Shown here: in pieces, positions 17,901 to 27,433 of the stretch
Layout: every line of letters starts with the position of its first letter
Position numbering within the stretch: the stretch's first letter is position 1
Source: Candidatus Zixiibacteriota bacterium
Lineage (GTDB): Bacteria; Zixibacteria; MSB-5A5; UBA10806; 4484-95
Assembly: GCA_029932605.1 (NCBI GenBank)
Contig: JAOZPT010000016.1
Span: 1-42,266 of the forward strand
DNA: 42,266 nt
Reading direction: 5' to 3'
Translations under genes and position numbers: made by a program
The notes under the pieces: model-generated
Told to the model about the DNA's origin: nothing
What the model saw: the letters and a program-made list of their open reading frames with translations, nothing else
Databases searched by the model: none

Positions 17901-18902
17901 TTAATGCTTTTTAAGAACGGAAAGTATAATCTGTTTTAATTCCTCTTTGTCGATTTTCTCAACGATTTTCTTGGCCACTTCATCCGCAATAGTTGCGACC
18001 AACCAATCAACATTAATACCAGCACCTTCAAAGGGAGTCGTTTGAGTGTTTGCACCAGTTTCCTGTTTAAATTTATCAAGAAAACGGCGATATTTACCAT
18101 CATCCTCAGAAACGGGTTCTTCCAAATCCTGATAATCAACCTTGGAACCCTTTGCCTCTGCAGGTCTTGGTTTAACCATTTTATCGCTGGAGCCCTCAAG
18201 TTCCTGTTTCATCTCGTTAACAAACCAATCGTAATCCTCCTCCCCCTTACTCGAAACAACCTCATCAGCAAGGTTGATCAGACCGTACTGGTCTTCCTCC
18301 AGTACAAGGTTTGATTCATCATCGTCCAATTTGTCATCGGAAATTTGTTTGATATCAGTGGAATCATTCAGGTCAGACCACTCAAGATTAAAAACGGTTT
18401 CATGTTTGCCTGGAGATATCTTTTGGGAAGAGATTGACTTGGTTGATGGGTCTATTTCCTGTGGTGAAACCTTTGGCTTTAATTTTGGCACACCCTCAGA
18501 TGATTGGTCAACAGGCCGAGGATGTTTTACAAGCCCTTCAGAATATGTGAACTTATCAACAACCGACAATAACTCCTTTGGTGAAAATGGCTTTTTAATA
18601 ATACCCCGAGCCCCACAGAGATCGATCTGGGATTGGTTAATGTGATCATCTTTTCCAATTAAAAGCACCACCGGTATGCCACCGGTAACAGGGTCCGTTG
18701 TTATCCTTTTACACAATTCATCCCCTCTAAAACCTACCAACTCCAACCCACTAATGATAAGGTCAGGTTTTTCTGATTTTGCATACTCATAAGCCTGCCG
18801 ACTATCAGAAAAACAGGATACATCGAAACCCTTTTGCCTTAAAAGAGAATCAGCAACGCTTCTTATTGTTGGTGAACTTTCTACCACCAATATCTTTCTC
18901 AT
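17901..18902 (-). CDS. Atypical response regulator (pseudo-receiver, acidic linker, helical C-terminus)
   Basis: Receiver fold KILVVES..KPDLIISG..IPVVLL..KKPF; phospho-acceptor Asp absent; no DNA-binding domain. Confidence 0.85.
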   Translation of the reverse strand: MRKILVVESSPTIRSVADSLLRQKGFDVSCFSDSRQAYEYAKSEKPDLIISGLELVGFRGDELCKRITTDPVTGGIPVVLLIGKDDHINQSQIDLCGARGIIKKPFSPKELLSVVDKFTYSEGLVKHPRPVDQSSEGVPKLKPKVSPQEIDPSTKSISSQKISPGKHETVFNLEWSDLNDSTDIKQISDDKLDDDESNLVLEEDQYGLINLADEVVSSKGEEDYDWFVNEMKQELEGSSDKMVKPRPAEAKGSKVDYQDLEEPVSEDDGKYRRFLDKFKQETGANTQTTPFEGAGINVDWLVATIADEVAKKIVEKIDKEELKQIILSVLKKH

Positions 18903-18927
18903 TTATACTTAGTACTCCTTAAGAACT

Positions 18928-18954
18928 TAATCGGTATAACCTTATCGCCTCTTA
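18928..18954 (-). promoter_or_regulatory. sigma28-like promoter
   Basis: TAAG-N15-ACCGATTA in the short gap before the AAGGAG RBS. Confidence 0.5.
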
Positions 18955-18965
18955 AAAAATCTTCT

Positions 18966-19766
18966 CTATTTTTTTGAAAGCCTCTCAGAAACCTCCTCAA
19001 GGATTTTTTTCTCGCGCCGGGTAAGATTCTCATAACCCACCTTGTTGATTTTATCAAGTATCACGTCAACTTCTTCCATCATCTTCCGCTCTTTCTCTTT
19101 CTCGCGCAACCGCTTCTCCGTTTTCAGACGATTAAAATAGCCGTAAATCATATAACCAAATCGCTTAAAACGCCAATCACCCTTCAGATAAAGATATCCT
19201 ACCAACATACCACCAAGATGAGCAAAATGGGCTACGTTACTCCTGCTCACGCTCATAGAAAGGAAAAACTCCATCACTGCTAAAAATATCACAAGGTATT
19301 TAACCTTTATGGGAAAAAGAAAATATACATAAACCAGCCGGTTAGGATACATTAAAGCAAAAGCTACTAAAACCCCGTAAATAGCACCGGAAGCACCAAT
19401 TATTGGAATCATGGATGTGGGTTGTAGAATTATATTAAACAAACCAGCACCCACCCCACAAATCAAATAAAACTTCAAAAACTCTTTACTGCCCCAGGAT
19501 CTTTCCAGGTCAGAACCGAACATCCACAAGATAAACATATTCATCAGAATATGCCAGAAACCACCATGTAAAAACATATACGTGAAAACCTGCCATATCA
19601 TTAAACGGCTCCAGGCAAGCTTCGGCACCAACCCCAAAATACCGATAACACTAACAGGACCCAAATATGTCAAAAAGAATACTACGACATTAGATATTAA
19701 AAGCCCTTTAACTACTGGCGGTATTCCCCCACCATAACCTGAATAATAGCTACGATAACCGTTCAT
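18966..19766 (-). CDS. Rhomboid family intramembrane serine protease
   Basis: TYMFLHG, HILMNM, GASG catalytic Ser, AHFAHLGG; C-terminal VDVILDKI..G..NLT domain. Confidence 0.95.
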   Translation of the reverse strand: MNGYRSYYSGYGGGIPPVVKGLLISNVVVFFLTYLGPVSVIGILGLVPKLAWSRLMIWQVFTYMFLHGGFWHILMNMFILWMFGSDLERSWGSKEFLKFYLICGVGAGLFNIILQPTSMIPIIGASGAIYGVLVAFALMYPNRLVYVYFLFPIKVKYLVIFLAVMEFFLSMSVSRSNVAHFAHLGGMLVGYLYLKGDWRFKRFGYMIYGYFNRLKTEKRLREKEKERKMMEEVDVILDKINKVGYENLTRREKKILEEVSERLSKK

Positions 19767-19780
19767 TAAATATTATACCA

Positions 19781-20227
19781 TTACTTGTGTATGCGCCATT
19801 TAAAAATTAACTTGCAACAATTCTTTAACATACCTGCAACCGAGCAATATTTATTTAATGACAAATCCAGAGCCCACTTAACATCTTCATCAATAATATC
19901 AGGCCCCCATATAATATATTCCATCGTTACATTCTTGAGTATATGCGGATGAGATGAGGCTCTTTCTCCATGAAGTTTAATTTTCAACTTCTCAACCTTA
20001 CGCTTTTTGTTTTTCAAAATGGTTATCAGATCCATTCCAGTACTGCTTCCCAAAGCCGAAAGCACTGCCTCCATCGGTCTGGCTCCCTGATTGTTACCAC
20101 CATGCTCCGGTGATGCATCCAGTACTAATTGGTTGTTCGAACCTGTCGTCGATATAAACTTCAAACCATCGCTCCACTGGAGCTCGGTATCAACCGCTTT
20201 AGGTATTTTTTTATACGGACTTTTCAT
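19781..20227 (-). CDS. OsmC/YhfA family protein
   Basis: GGNNQGARPME, TGMD, SLNKYCSV; first family Cys replaced by Ser. Confidence 0.88.
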   Translation of the reverse strand: MKSPYKKIPKAVDTELQWSDGLKFISTTGSNNQLVLDASPEHGGNNQGARPMEAVLSALGSSTGMDLITILKNKKRKVEKLKIKLHGERASSHPHILKNVTMEYIIWGPDIIDEDVKWALDLSLNKYCSVAGMLKNCCKLIFKWRIHK

Positions 20228-20280
20228 TTAAAAACTCCATCATCGATATCCTACAAACCTGCAACCGGTTTCAATATATA

Positions 20281-20307
20281 ACATCGGCAGATAACAGGCA
20301 AGCTTTT
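20281..20307 (-). promoter_or_regulatory. sigma28-like promoter overlapping a sigma70-type promoter
   Basis: AAAA-N15-GCCGATGT; also TTGCCT-N17-TATATT. Confidence 0.45.
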
Positions 20308-20592
20308 CTATTATTATACAATGGACAACAGATATTTACCTTACGATAAAAAAACAACTTAAAGATTATTAGTCCCCTTGCTCTTACGAAAAGTTAGAGA
20401 GCTACAACCTCGATGAAGCCAAGTCTTAAAATTTAGTAAGGGTTAATACAACTTCCCCGAATATCTTTAAACACAAAATTATCACTAATCATTAAACAAT
20501 TAGCTTCCCCCAAAACGATTCCGGGGATTTACCTAAAAGGTAAATCATAGCTTAATCAAGTAGAATGAACTGTATAATTTGCACCGCCGAGG

Positions 20593-20937
20593 TTAATATT
20601 TTTGATATACATCGGCTAATACTTTGTCGATATTGGACTTAATGTCTTTCTTAGGAGCGGCTCCAATTATCTGAGATGCAACCTGTCCATTCTTAAAAAT
20701 AAGGAGAGTAGGTATAGAGAGTATCTTATAACGTTGGGCAATCGAGCCATTAGAATCGACATCAAGCTTACCCACCTTCAACTTGCCATTGTATTCTTTA
20801 GCCAACTCTTCAACAATGGGGGAAACCATATGACAGGGGGCACACCACTCAGCCCAAAAATCAATTAAAACAGGTGTCTGAGATTTTATAACCTCATCCT
20901 CAAAATTTTTCTCTGTTACCACCAACAAATCTCCCAT
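20593..20937 (-). CDS. trxA: Thioredoxin
   Basis: DFWAEWCAPC, SIPTL, FKNG; AGGAGG RBS. Confidence 0.96.
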   Translation of the reverse strand: MGDLLVVTEKNFEDEVIKSQTPVLIDFWAEWCAPCHMVSPIVEELAKEYNGKLKVGKLDVDSNGSIAQRYKILSIPTLLIFKNGQVASQIIGAAPKKDIKSNIDKVLADVYQKY

Positions 20938-20982
20938 TTAAACCTCCTGAATAAATTATCATCATTTTACTTACATCAAAAA

Positions 20983-21008
20983 AACGATTCTAATTCCGTT
21001 TTTGTTCC
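20983..21008 (-). promoter_or_regulatory. ECF sigma-type promoter (SigR/SigH-like)
   Basis: GGAAC-N17-CGTT in the lpxD-trxA gap. Confidence 0.55.
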
Positions 21009-21016
21009 GAATATTT

Positions 21017-22039
21017 TTATTCTTCTAAATCGTTTACTTTTCGTTCAAGATTACGTAAGCGCTGAATATAATCGGGAAGGTGACTAATTATAGCCTCGAT
21101 GCGTCTAGATAGCTTAGCATCCCTGGCCGGATAGCCAAACACAACTGAACCTGCAGGTAAATCTTTGGGCACTCCCGATTGGGCCTCGACAATCGTTCCA
21201 TCACCAATAGTTAGATGGCCCGCTACTCCAACCTGGCCAGCCAATATAACATTCTTACCCAAAATCGTTGTGCCGGCAAGACCAACTTGAGCGCAGAGGA
21301 TACAACCGGGACCAATATTACAGTTATGGGCTATTTGCACGAGGTTATCTATTATAGAACCAGTGCCAATACGAGTCTCACCGATAGTTGCTCTATCAAT
21401 TGTTGTTCCAGCTCCAATTTCAACATCATCCTCAATCACTACAACACCAACCTGAGGAATTTTAATAAACCCTCCCCCCGTCTTTGTATACCCGAAACCA
21501 TCAGAACCGATAATGGCTCCAGAATATATAGCCACCCTATCACCTATCGTCACTTCATGCATTATAACCGAGTTGGGATAAATATAACATCTATCGCCGA
21601 TAACGCTATTCTCCCCGATAAACACGCCGGAGTGAATCACACAATTGTTGCCTATTTGCACATTATCTTTGACAATAACATTATGCCCGATATAAATATC
21701 ATGGCCTATTCGGGCGGTATCCGAGATAACAGCTGTCGGTTCAATCCTTGGTTGAGGATACCGGTGAGTATTGTGGAAGATCCTCATAGCCAAGCCAAAC
21801 CCCAGATAAGGATCATCTTTAACCAAAAGGCTGTGTCGGTCAGACTCGATACCTGGAGGGACTATAACCGCCGCACAACAACAATCAGCCAGCCTTTTTT
21901 TAAGTTTTTTCGAGGTTATAAAGGATAAAGTGCCGGGCTTAGGGTTATCTATGGTAGAAAGCCCCGTAACAGTTAAATCTTTTCCGACAAGCTGTGCGCT
22001 TATTTTTTTTGCGATCTCAGAAAGTTTTAATTCCATCAT
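21017..22039 (-). CDS. lpxD: UDP-3-O-acylglucosamine N-acyltransferase
   Basis: Hexapeptide repeats, IGSDGFGY, TIDRA, DNLVQIAHN; follows skp. Confidence 0.96.
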   Translation of the reverse strand: MMELKLSEIAKKISAQLVGKDLTVTGLSTIDNPKPGTLSFITSKKLKKRLADCCCAAVIVPPGIESDRHSLLVKDDPYLGFGLAMRIFHNTHRYPQPRIEPTAVISDTARIGHDIYIGHNVIVKDNVQIGNNCVIHSGVFIGENSVIGDRCYIYPNSVIMHEVTIGDRVAIYSGAIIGSDGFGYTKTGGGFIKIPQVGVVVIEDDVEIGAGTTIDRATIGETRIGTGSIIDNLVQIAHNCNIGPGCILCAQVGLAGTTILGKNVILAGQVGVAGHLTIGDGTIVEAQSGVPKDLPAGSVVFGYPARDAKLSRRIEAIISHLPDYIQRLRNLERKVNDLEE

Positions 22040-22551
22040 TTTTCAGCAGCTATTTTTTCAAGAACCTCATCGGTGAGATCAAGACTTTTTTTAGCATACG
22101 CGATATTCACCGTTCCTGCATCAAAAATGATATCATAATTATTTTCGATTGCGATCTCCTCTATAACTTCCAGTATTTTATCACGAATCGGTTTAGAGAG
22201 CTCCGCCATACGTCGTTCAGCCTTACCGTTATCCCCAAAAACCGCATTAAGAAACTGATTAAGTGTGTCCTGCTTGGCGCTAAGAAGAGCCTCTTTTTCT
22301 CTCTTCTTCTCCGCTGACAACATCAACGATTGACTTTCAAGCTCATCGATTAACTGATCAATATCTTTCTTCATCTGTTCAGCCTGGGCATTCCAGTTTT
22401 CAACATCCTTATCAAATTTCGCCTGTGCATCCTGATATTCCTGAGATTCAGCAAAAATACGTTGTGAATCGATATAACCGATTTTAACCTCACCAGCCAG
22501 ACCAACCGATAATAGACAAACAATAAACATCGCTGTTAAAATTTTTCTCAT
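22036..22551 (-). CDS. skp: Periplasmic chaperone Skp/OmpH
   Basis: Signal peptide, KIGYIDSQRI, coiled coil, YDIIFD..DLTDEVL. Confidence 0.93.
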   Translation of the reverse strand: MRKILTAMFIVCLLSVGLAGEVKIGYIDSQRIFAESQEYQDAQAKFDKDVENWNAQAEQMKKDIDQLIDELESQSLMLSAEKKREKEALLSAKQDTLNQFLNAVFGDNGKAERRMAELSKPIRDKILEVIEEIAIENNYDIIFDAGTVNIAYAKKSLDLTDEVLEKIAAEK

Positions 22552-22565
22552 TGTAATATCTCCTT

Positions 22566-24866
22566 TTAAAATCCTCTCCCTATCTGGAAATGGGGTCTTA
22601 AATCTCCTTTATCCTCACCATCAAGTGGGTAACCGAAATCAAAACCTATTATGCCAATCATGGGTGCTACCACCCTGAAACCAAAACCCACCGATTTATA
22701 GAAATTCGTGGTTAAATTCCTCTTTAATCCATCTCCGGTCATATAAGCATTGCCAGCATCAGCAAACAACAATGCGTAAAATTGTTGTTCAGCCAGCGGG
22801 ACTGTCAATTCGAGGTTATATATAACCTCGCTTCGGCCGCCAAGGTAACCGCCGTCAGCCGATCGCGGTCCAACCCGCGAATCGGGATACCCACGAATTA
22901 TCCCATCAGGGTCCGTGCCTCCAGGTGTAAACCTCTCAGAATATGGCACATCCTCATCACCCTCATATATACCATCCATAACGCCCCATTTCCCCTTCAG
23001 AACAAACGTAAACTTCCAAAATGGAGTATAATAATATTCCATACCAACGATCTGTTTCCAAAAATTCCAATCGCCACCAAGAGCTGTTCCTGCCAACTCA
23101 CCAGACCAAAAAGCAACCGAACCCTTTGTGGCAAACATCGCCAGATCTCTTGAATCCCTCTCAATCGTCAAGTTCATTGAGGATGTTCTTTGTGGCCATT
23201 TGATTTTATCCACGCTGTAAGGGATATCTTTGTACTTATCTATATAAGATTGTTCGATATCAAAATATTTCAACTCCTCCAACCGATAGCTTGTAAAAAG
23301 CTTAAAATAATTATCAGGCCAGCGCAACCGCCGACCAACCCTTATACTTCCACCACGACGTCCCTCGGTAAACCAATCATACCATCTCCTCTCCTGCACA
23401 TATAAGCTTAGGCCAACCGAAGTAGGTGTATCAAGAAACCAGGGGTCAAAATAGCTGACATTGAAAGTATTACGAATCTTGCCAAACTCTGCATCAAAAG
23501 AAACCGTTTGGCCACCACCCAAAAAGTTGGGAAATCCAAGGCCTAACGTGCCAACTATCTTATCCCTGGCAGAATAACCGGCGCCCAACTGGAACTGGCC
23601 TGTTGGCTTCTCCTCAACTTTCACTATCAAATCGATATCTCCGTTATCAAGAATATTCCAATCCGGAGTAATATTACCAAAGAAATTAAGCATCATCACG
23701 TCACGTAAAGACCTGCCCAAAATCGACCTTTTAAATATCATATTCGGTTTAATCTTTAATTCCCGCCTGATAACCTTATCCTTGGTTTTCGTGTTTCCCT
23801 CTATATGAATCATCCTCACATAAACAGGGTCGTTTTCTTCAATTTTGAAATTTATGTCAAGGACATTGTCATGGGGGGTCTTATGGTCATCTATCCGAGC
23901 ATACCAGTAACCTTCATCCTGGTAAATCTCATGAAGTTTGAAAATCGTTTCATCATATTTCTCCTGGTTATATTTCTGCCCCTGCTTTATTTTTATAACC
24001 GATGCTATTTTGTCGTCGGTAAATAAGTTGTTCCCATCCCATGTAAGTTTGCCAAAATAATACCGTTCACCTTCTCTGACGTAAAGCCTCAAATACATCC
24101 ACTTGTAATCATCCGAATACCAGATAGAATCGCCGATAATTACTGCATCGATAAAACCCTCTTTTTTATAAAAATCGATAATTTTCTGCTTGTCCTCACG
24201 ATACTTCTCACTATCAAAAGAGCCACCTCTGAAAAACGATTTCCGCTTGGTGGACATCTTTGAACGCAATTTACCATCATCAAAAACCTTATTACCAGAA
24301 AAATCTATATCCTTTATTTTTACTTTGCAACCCTCATCAATTAAAAACGTAAGCACAACACGGTCAGGTTGCTTTTCGTCTGGTATCAACTTGGATTCAA
24401 CTTTGGCTAAAAGGTAACCTTTATCCTCATATAAGTCCTTAATACGTTCGATGTTGCTTTTTATAGTCCCCGGGGAAACAATCCTTCCCTCATAAATGGT
24501 AATTGTTTTTTTAAGAGCTTTCTTTTTAACTTTTTTGTTACCCTCAAATCGTATTTCTGAAACCCGAGGATAAGTTTCGGTCTTTATCAGAAGTTCGACC
24601 CCACCAGGTACTTCCTTCCCCTCTATGATAACATCAGAAAAAAGCCCCAGAGCATATATATTTTTAATCGCATCCTGAACCTTGGCCGCAGTAAGTATCT
24701 CGCCCGGAATCAATCCTGAGGAATTAAAAACCAAAGAGCTGTCAACGGCAACGACCTTTGAGAGTTTAACCGCAACTATAGTAGAACCGTAATAATCCTG
24801 CGGCCCTGCAAATACCAGCCCGAAGGCAATCAAAAAATATAAAAAAACAATTATTATATGTCTCAT
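22566..24866 (-). CDS. bamA: Outer membrane protein assembly factor BamA
   Basis: POTRA repeats (GNTKTKDKVIRREL), IRGY loop, C-terminal HFQIGRGF. Confidence 0.96.
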   Translation of the reverse strand: MRHIIIVFLYFLIAFGLVFAGPQDYYGSTIVAVKLSKVVAVDSSLVFNSSGLIPGEILTAAKVQDAIKNIYALGLFSDVIIEGKEVPGGVELLIKTETYPRVSEIRFEGNKKVKKKALKKTITIYEGRIVSPGTIKSNIERIKDLYEDKGYLLAKVESKLIPDEKQPDRVVLTFLIDEGCKVKIKDIDFSGNKVFDDGKLRSKMSTKRKSFFRGGSFDSEKYREDKQKIIDFYKKEGFIDAVIIGDSIWYSDDYKWMYLRLYVREGERYYFGKLTWDGNNLFTDDKIASVIKIKQGQKYNQEKYDETIFKLHEIYQDEGYWYARIDDHKTPHDNVLDINFKIEENDPVYVRMIHIEGNTKTKDKVIRRELKIKPNMIFKRSILGRSLRDVMMLNFFGNITPDWNILDNGDIDLIVKVEEKPTGQFQLGAGYSARDKIVGTLGLGFPNFLGGGQTVSFDAEFGKIRNTFNVSYFDPWFLDTPTSVGLSLYVQERRWYDWFTEGRRGGSIRVGRRLRWPDNYFKLFTSYRLEELKYFDIEQSYIDKYKDIPYSVDKIKWPQRTSSMNLTIERDSRDLAMFATKGSVAFWSGELAGTALGGDWNFWKQIVGMEYYYTPFWKFTFVLKGKWGVMDGIYEGDEDVPYSERFTPGGTDPDGIIRGYPDSRVGPRSADGGYLGGRSEVIYNLELTVPLAEQQFYALLFADAGNAYMTGDGLKRNLTTNFYKSVGFGFRVVAPMIGIIGFDFGYPLDGEDKGDLRPHFQIGRGF

Positions 24867-24869
24867 TTA

Positions 24870-25181
24870 TTAGGCTAAGATATTTTTTATTTTAACCTCT
24901 GTATAAGCCTGGCGATGCCCGGTTTTTTTACGATATTTCCTGCGTCTCTTGAACTTAAAAACGACCACTTTATCTGATTTTCCATGTCCAATTACTTCTG
25001 CGGATACTTTAGCTCCATTAATATATGGTTTACCAAGTGCAAATTTATTTGGCCCACTGACAAGTAAAACCTTATCAAAATCGACCTCCTGACCGGCTTC
25101 AGCCTCGATTTTAGGTATTTTTATAATAACACCATCTTCCACCGGAAATTGCATTCCGCCTGTTTCAATTATCGCACGCAT
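24870..25181 (-). CDS. rplU: 50S ribosomal protein L21
   Basis: AIIETGGMQF, GKPY, FKFKRRRKYRKKTGHRQ. Confidence 0.97.
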   Translation of the reverse strand: MRAIIETGGMQFPVEDGVIIKIPKIEAEAGQEVDFDKVLLVSGPNKFALGKPYINGAKVSAEVIGHGKSDKVVVFKFKRRRKYRKKTGHRQAYTEVKIKNILA

Positions 25182-25204
25182 TACCTTCTCCTTTTCTAAA
25201 ACCT

Positions 25205-25234
25205 AATATATAACCAAAAAGAACAACCGGTCAA
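25205..25234 (-). promoter_or_regulatory. sigma70-type promoter of rplU-bamA
   Basis: TTGACC-N18-TATATT before an AGGAG RBS. Confidence 0.55.
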
Positions 25235-25287
25235 GCCCTTACCTGTAAACTAATATTTTTAACATCTAAACAGATTAAAGGTTTCTC

Positions 25288-25833
25288 TTATTTTTTCTGC
25301 CTATCGAAATAGATATTTTTACCGGTTGCAGAAAGAGGTATTCCCATAACAAAATCCCAGTCAACCAGTCCACAAAATCGAGCGCCTGCTCCAATACGAT
25401 ACATAATACGGTTATCAACATTTAAAATCTGGGCTGTCTTTACCGCCGAACCTAAAGCAATGCCAAGGTCAAGATGACGTAAAGCACAGATGGGACCGAT
25501 AAATTCACCTTCACTCCTGGGCGCATTTTTTAAATCATCACAACTTGAAAAACCACAGGCAGAACAATTAAGGCCCAGTGTGGTTGCATCCTTAAGTCCC
25601 ACAAGCAGAACTACCGGTGATTTCCTTACGTTTTCAGCATCGCGATCAAAGTTTTCCTTGCCGGTTTTTTCACCAAAGGCTAACATGGCATCAGCAAGCT
25701 TTGTTATGTCTTCACCGGATATGGTCATTATCTCAACATAATCCTGGCCATGAGACTTCGGAGCTGTGCGAGCAGCCAGTTCCATCAACCGCGCCACCTC
25801 CAATAAATGCTGACTATAATCATAAATAGGCAC
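25288..25833 (-). CDS. DUF2148 ferredoxin-domain protein
   Basis: AARTAPK, NCSACGFSSC, GPIC, DLGIALGSA, VDNRIMY, KNIYFDR; second GTG (25833) fits the RBS better than 25842. Confidence 0.88.
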   Translation of the reverse strand: MPIYDYSQHLLEVARLMELAARTAPKSHGQDYVEIMTISGEDITKLADAMLAFGEKTGKENFDRDAENVRKSPVVLLVGLKDATTLGLNCSACGFSSCDDLKNAPRSEGEFIGPICALRHLDLGIALGSAVKTAQILNVDNRIMYRIGAGARFCGLVDWDFVMGIPLSATGKNIYFDRQKK

Positions 25834-25843
25834 TATTATCACC

Positions 25844-27433
25844 TCATATCCTATATTTTTCGGTTATATCTATATGCGTTTTTGCATCTATCACATGGAA
25901 CTCCTCTGGATGAAGAGATGTATCCCTGATAAGGTCAATAGTTATTTTCAACCGCCGTTCAAGCTTATTGATTCTGTTGGTGACACCGTTTGTGAGAAGC
26001 CCGATTACCTGGGGCGAGGCAACAAGTTGATAATGTCCTCTGCCTAACGAGGCCGACACCCTCTTAAACCAGCGCTCGATTTTCACCGCTATCGATTCTT
26101 TTGACAAAACCCTACCTACACCCTCACAAACTGGACATGGATCAGAGAAAGCATACATCAACGAGGGCCGGATACGTTGGCGTGTCATCTCGATTAACCC
26201 CAGGTCGGATATCGATGATATGAATGTCTGCGAACGATCATTTTTTAAAGCGTTTTTAAACTCCTCGAACACTCTCCGCCGATGTTCCCTGCTTTCCATA
26301 TCGATAAAATCAATAATAATTATCCCGCCAATATCCCTCAATCGTATTTGGCGTGCGATTTCACATGCTGCCTCCATATTTGTCTTAAAGATGGCATCCT
26401 GCGCTTTTGATTTACCCTTGAAACGACCAGTATTGACATCTATAGTAACCAACGCCTCAGTCTGGTCAATAACGATATAACCGCCACATTTCAACCAGGA
26501 CTTGCGGTCCAGCATTTTCTCTATCTCGGGCTCAATATTATAATAATCAAACAGAGGCTTTTCACCCTTATACAACTCCACTCTATCCCTTAATTGAGGA
26601 GCCACCTCCTTTAAATACGATAAAAATTTCTTGTATTCTTTTTTATCATCAATAATAACCTCGTTAACATCCGGCGTAAAAAAGTCCCTGATTATTCCAG
26701 AGGTCATCTCGATATCCTTGTGGACTAAGGCTGGAGCTTTAGTGTTCTCAACCTTTTTCTTCATCTTGTTCCAGATTTTTGTTAAAAGCTTGATATCGGC
26801 GGCAAACTCCTTGCGGCTTTTCGATTCGGCTACGGTTCTTATAATCATCCCGAAATTATCCGGCAAAAACTCCTCGGCTATTTTGCGTAGACGTTTTTTT
26901 TCAGCCCAGGAGAAAATCTTTTTTGATACCCCTATATGACGAGCACCTGGAAGAAGCACAACATATCTACCGGGAAGAGATATCTCCGTTGTTATTCGCG
27001 GCCCTTTGTTGCCCATCGGCTCCTTTATTACCTGGACAAGAACTTCCTGGTTCTTTTTTAATACATCAACAATAGAAGTGCCTTTACTATATTTCAATCG
27101 AGGTGGCATCTCGTGACCGTTTTCATCGAAAAAATCAAGGTCTGAGAGAAGACTTGATTCCCCTTTATGGTCTGACATATCCGAAAAATGTAAAAAACCC
27201 GATTTCTCCAAGCCGATATCCACAAAAGCAGCCTGGATACCGGGTAATACAGCTGTTACTCGACCTTTATAGATATCACCAACAAGCCTTTCTTTTTCAG
27301 GCCGTTCAACTAAAAGCTCGACCAGCTTTCCATTCTCTTTGATGGCAATGCGGGTTTCGTATTCGGTAACGTTTACGAAGATATCTTTAAATGGCTTAAC
27401 ATTCGCTGTAGAACCTGTCTCCGACCTTGACAT
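25844..27433 (-). CDS. rng: Ribonuclease E/G family
   Basis: GDIYKGRV..PGIQAAFVDIG S1 domain, QVIKEP, IDVNTG, RLRDIGGIIIIDFIDM, CPVC. Confidence 0.94.
   Translation of the reverse strand: MSRSETGSTANVKPFKDIFVNVTEYETRIAIKENGKLVELLVERPEKERLVGDIYKGRVTAVLPGIQAAFVDIGLEKSGFLHFSDMSDHKGESSLLSDLDFFDENGHEMPPRLKYSKGTSIVDVLKKNQEVLVQVIKEPMGNKGPRITTEISLPGRYVVLLPGARHIGVSKKIFSWAEKKRLRKIAEEFLPDNFGMIIRTVAESKSRKEFAADIKLLTKIWNKMKKKVENTKAPALVHKDIEMTSGIIRDFFTPDVNEVIIDDKKEYKKFLSYLKEVAPQLRDRVELYKGEKPLFDYYNIEPEIEKMLDRKSWLKCGGYIVIDQTEALVTIDVNTGRFKGKSKAQDAIFKTNMEAACEIARQIRLRDIGGIIIIDFIDMESREHRRRVFEEFKNALKNDRSQTFISSISDLGLIEMTRQRIRPSLMYAFSDPCPVCEGVGRVLSKESIAVKIERWFKRVSASLGRGHYQLVASPQVIGLLTNGVTNRINKLERRLKITIDLIRDTSLHPEEFHVIDAKTHIDITEKYRI

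Noticed and set aside
21215..21928. 237-aa plus-strand ORF
   Set aside because: Antisense shadow of the lpxD hexapeptide repeats; no protein-like features
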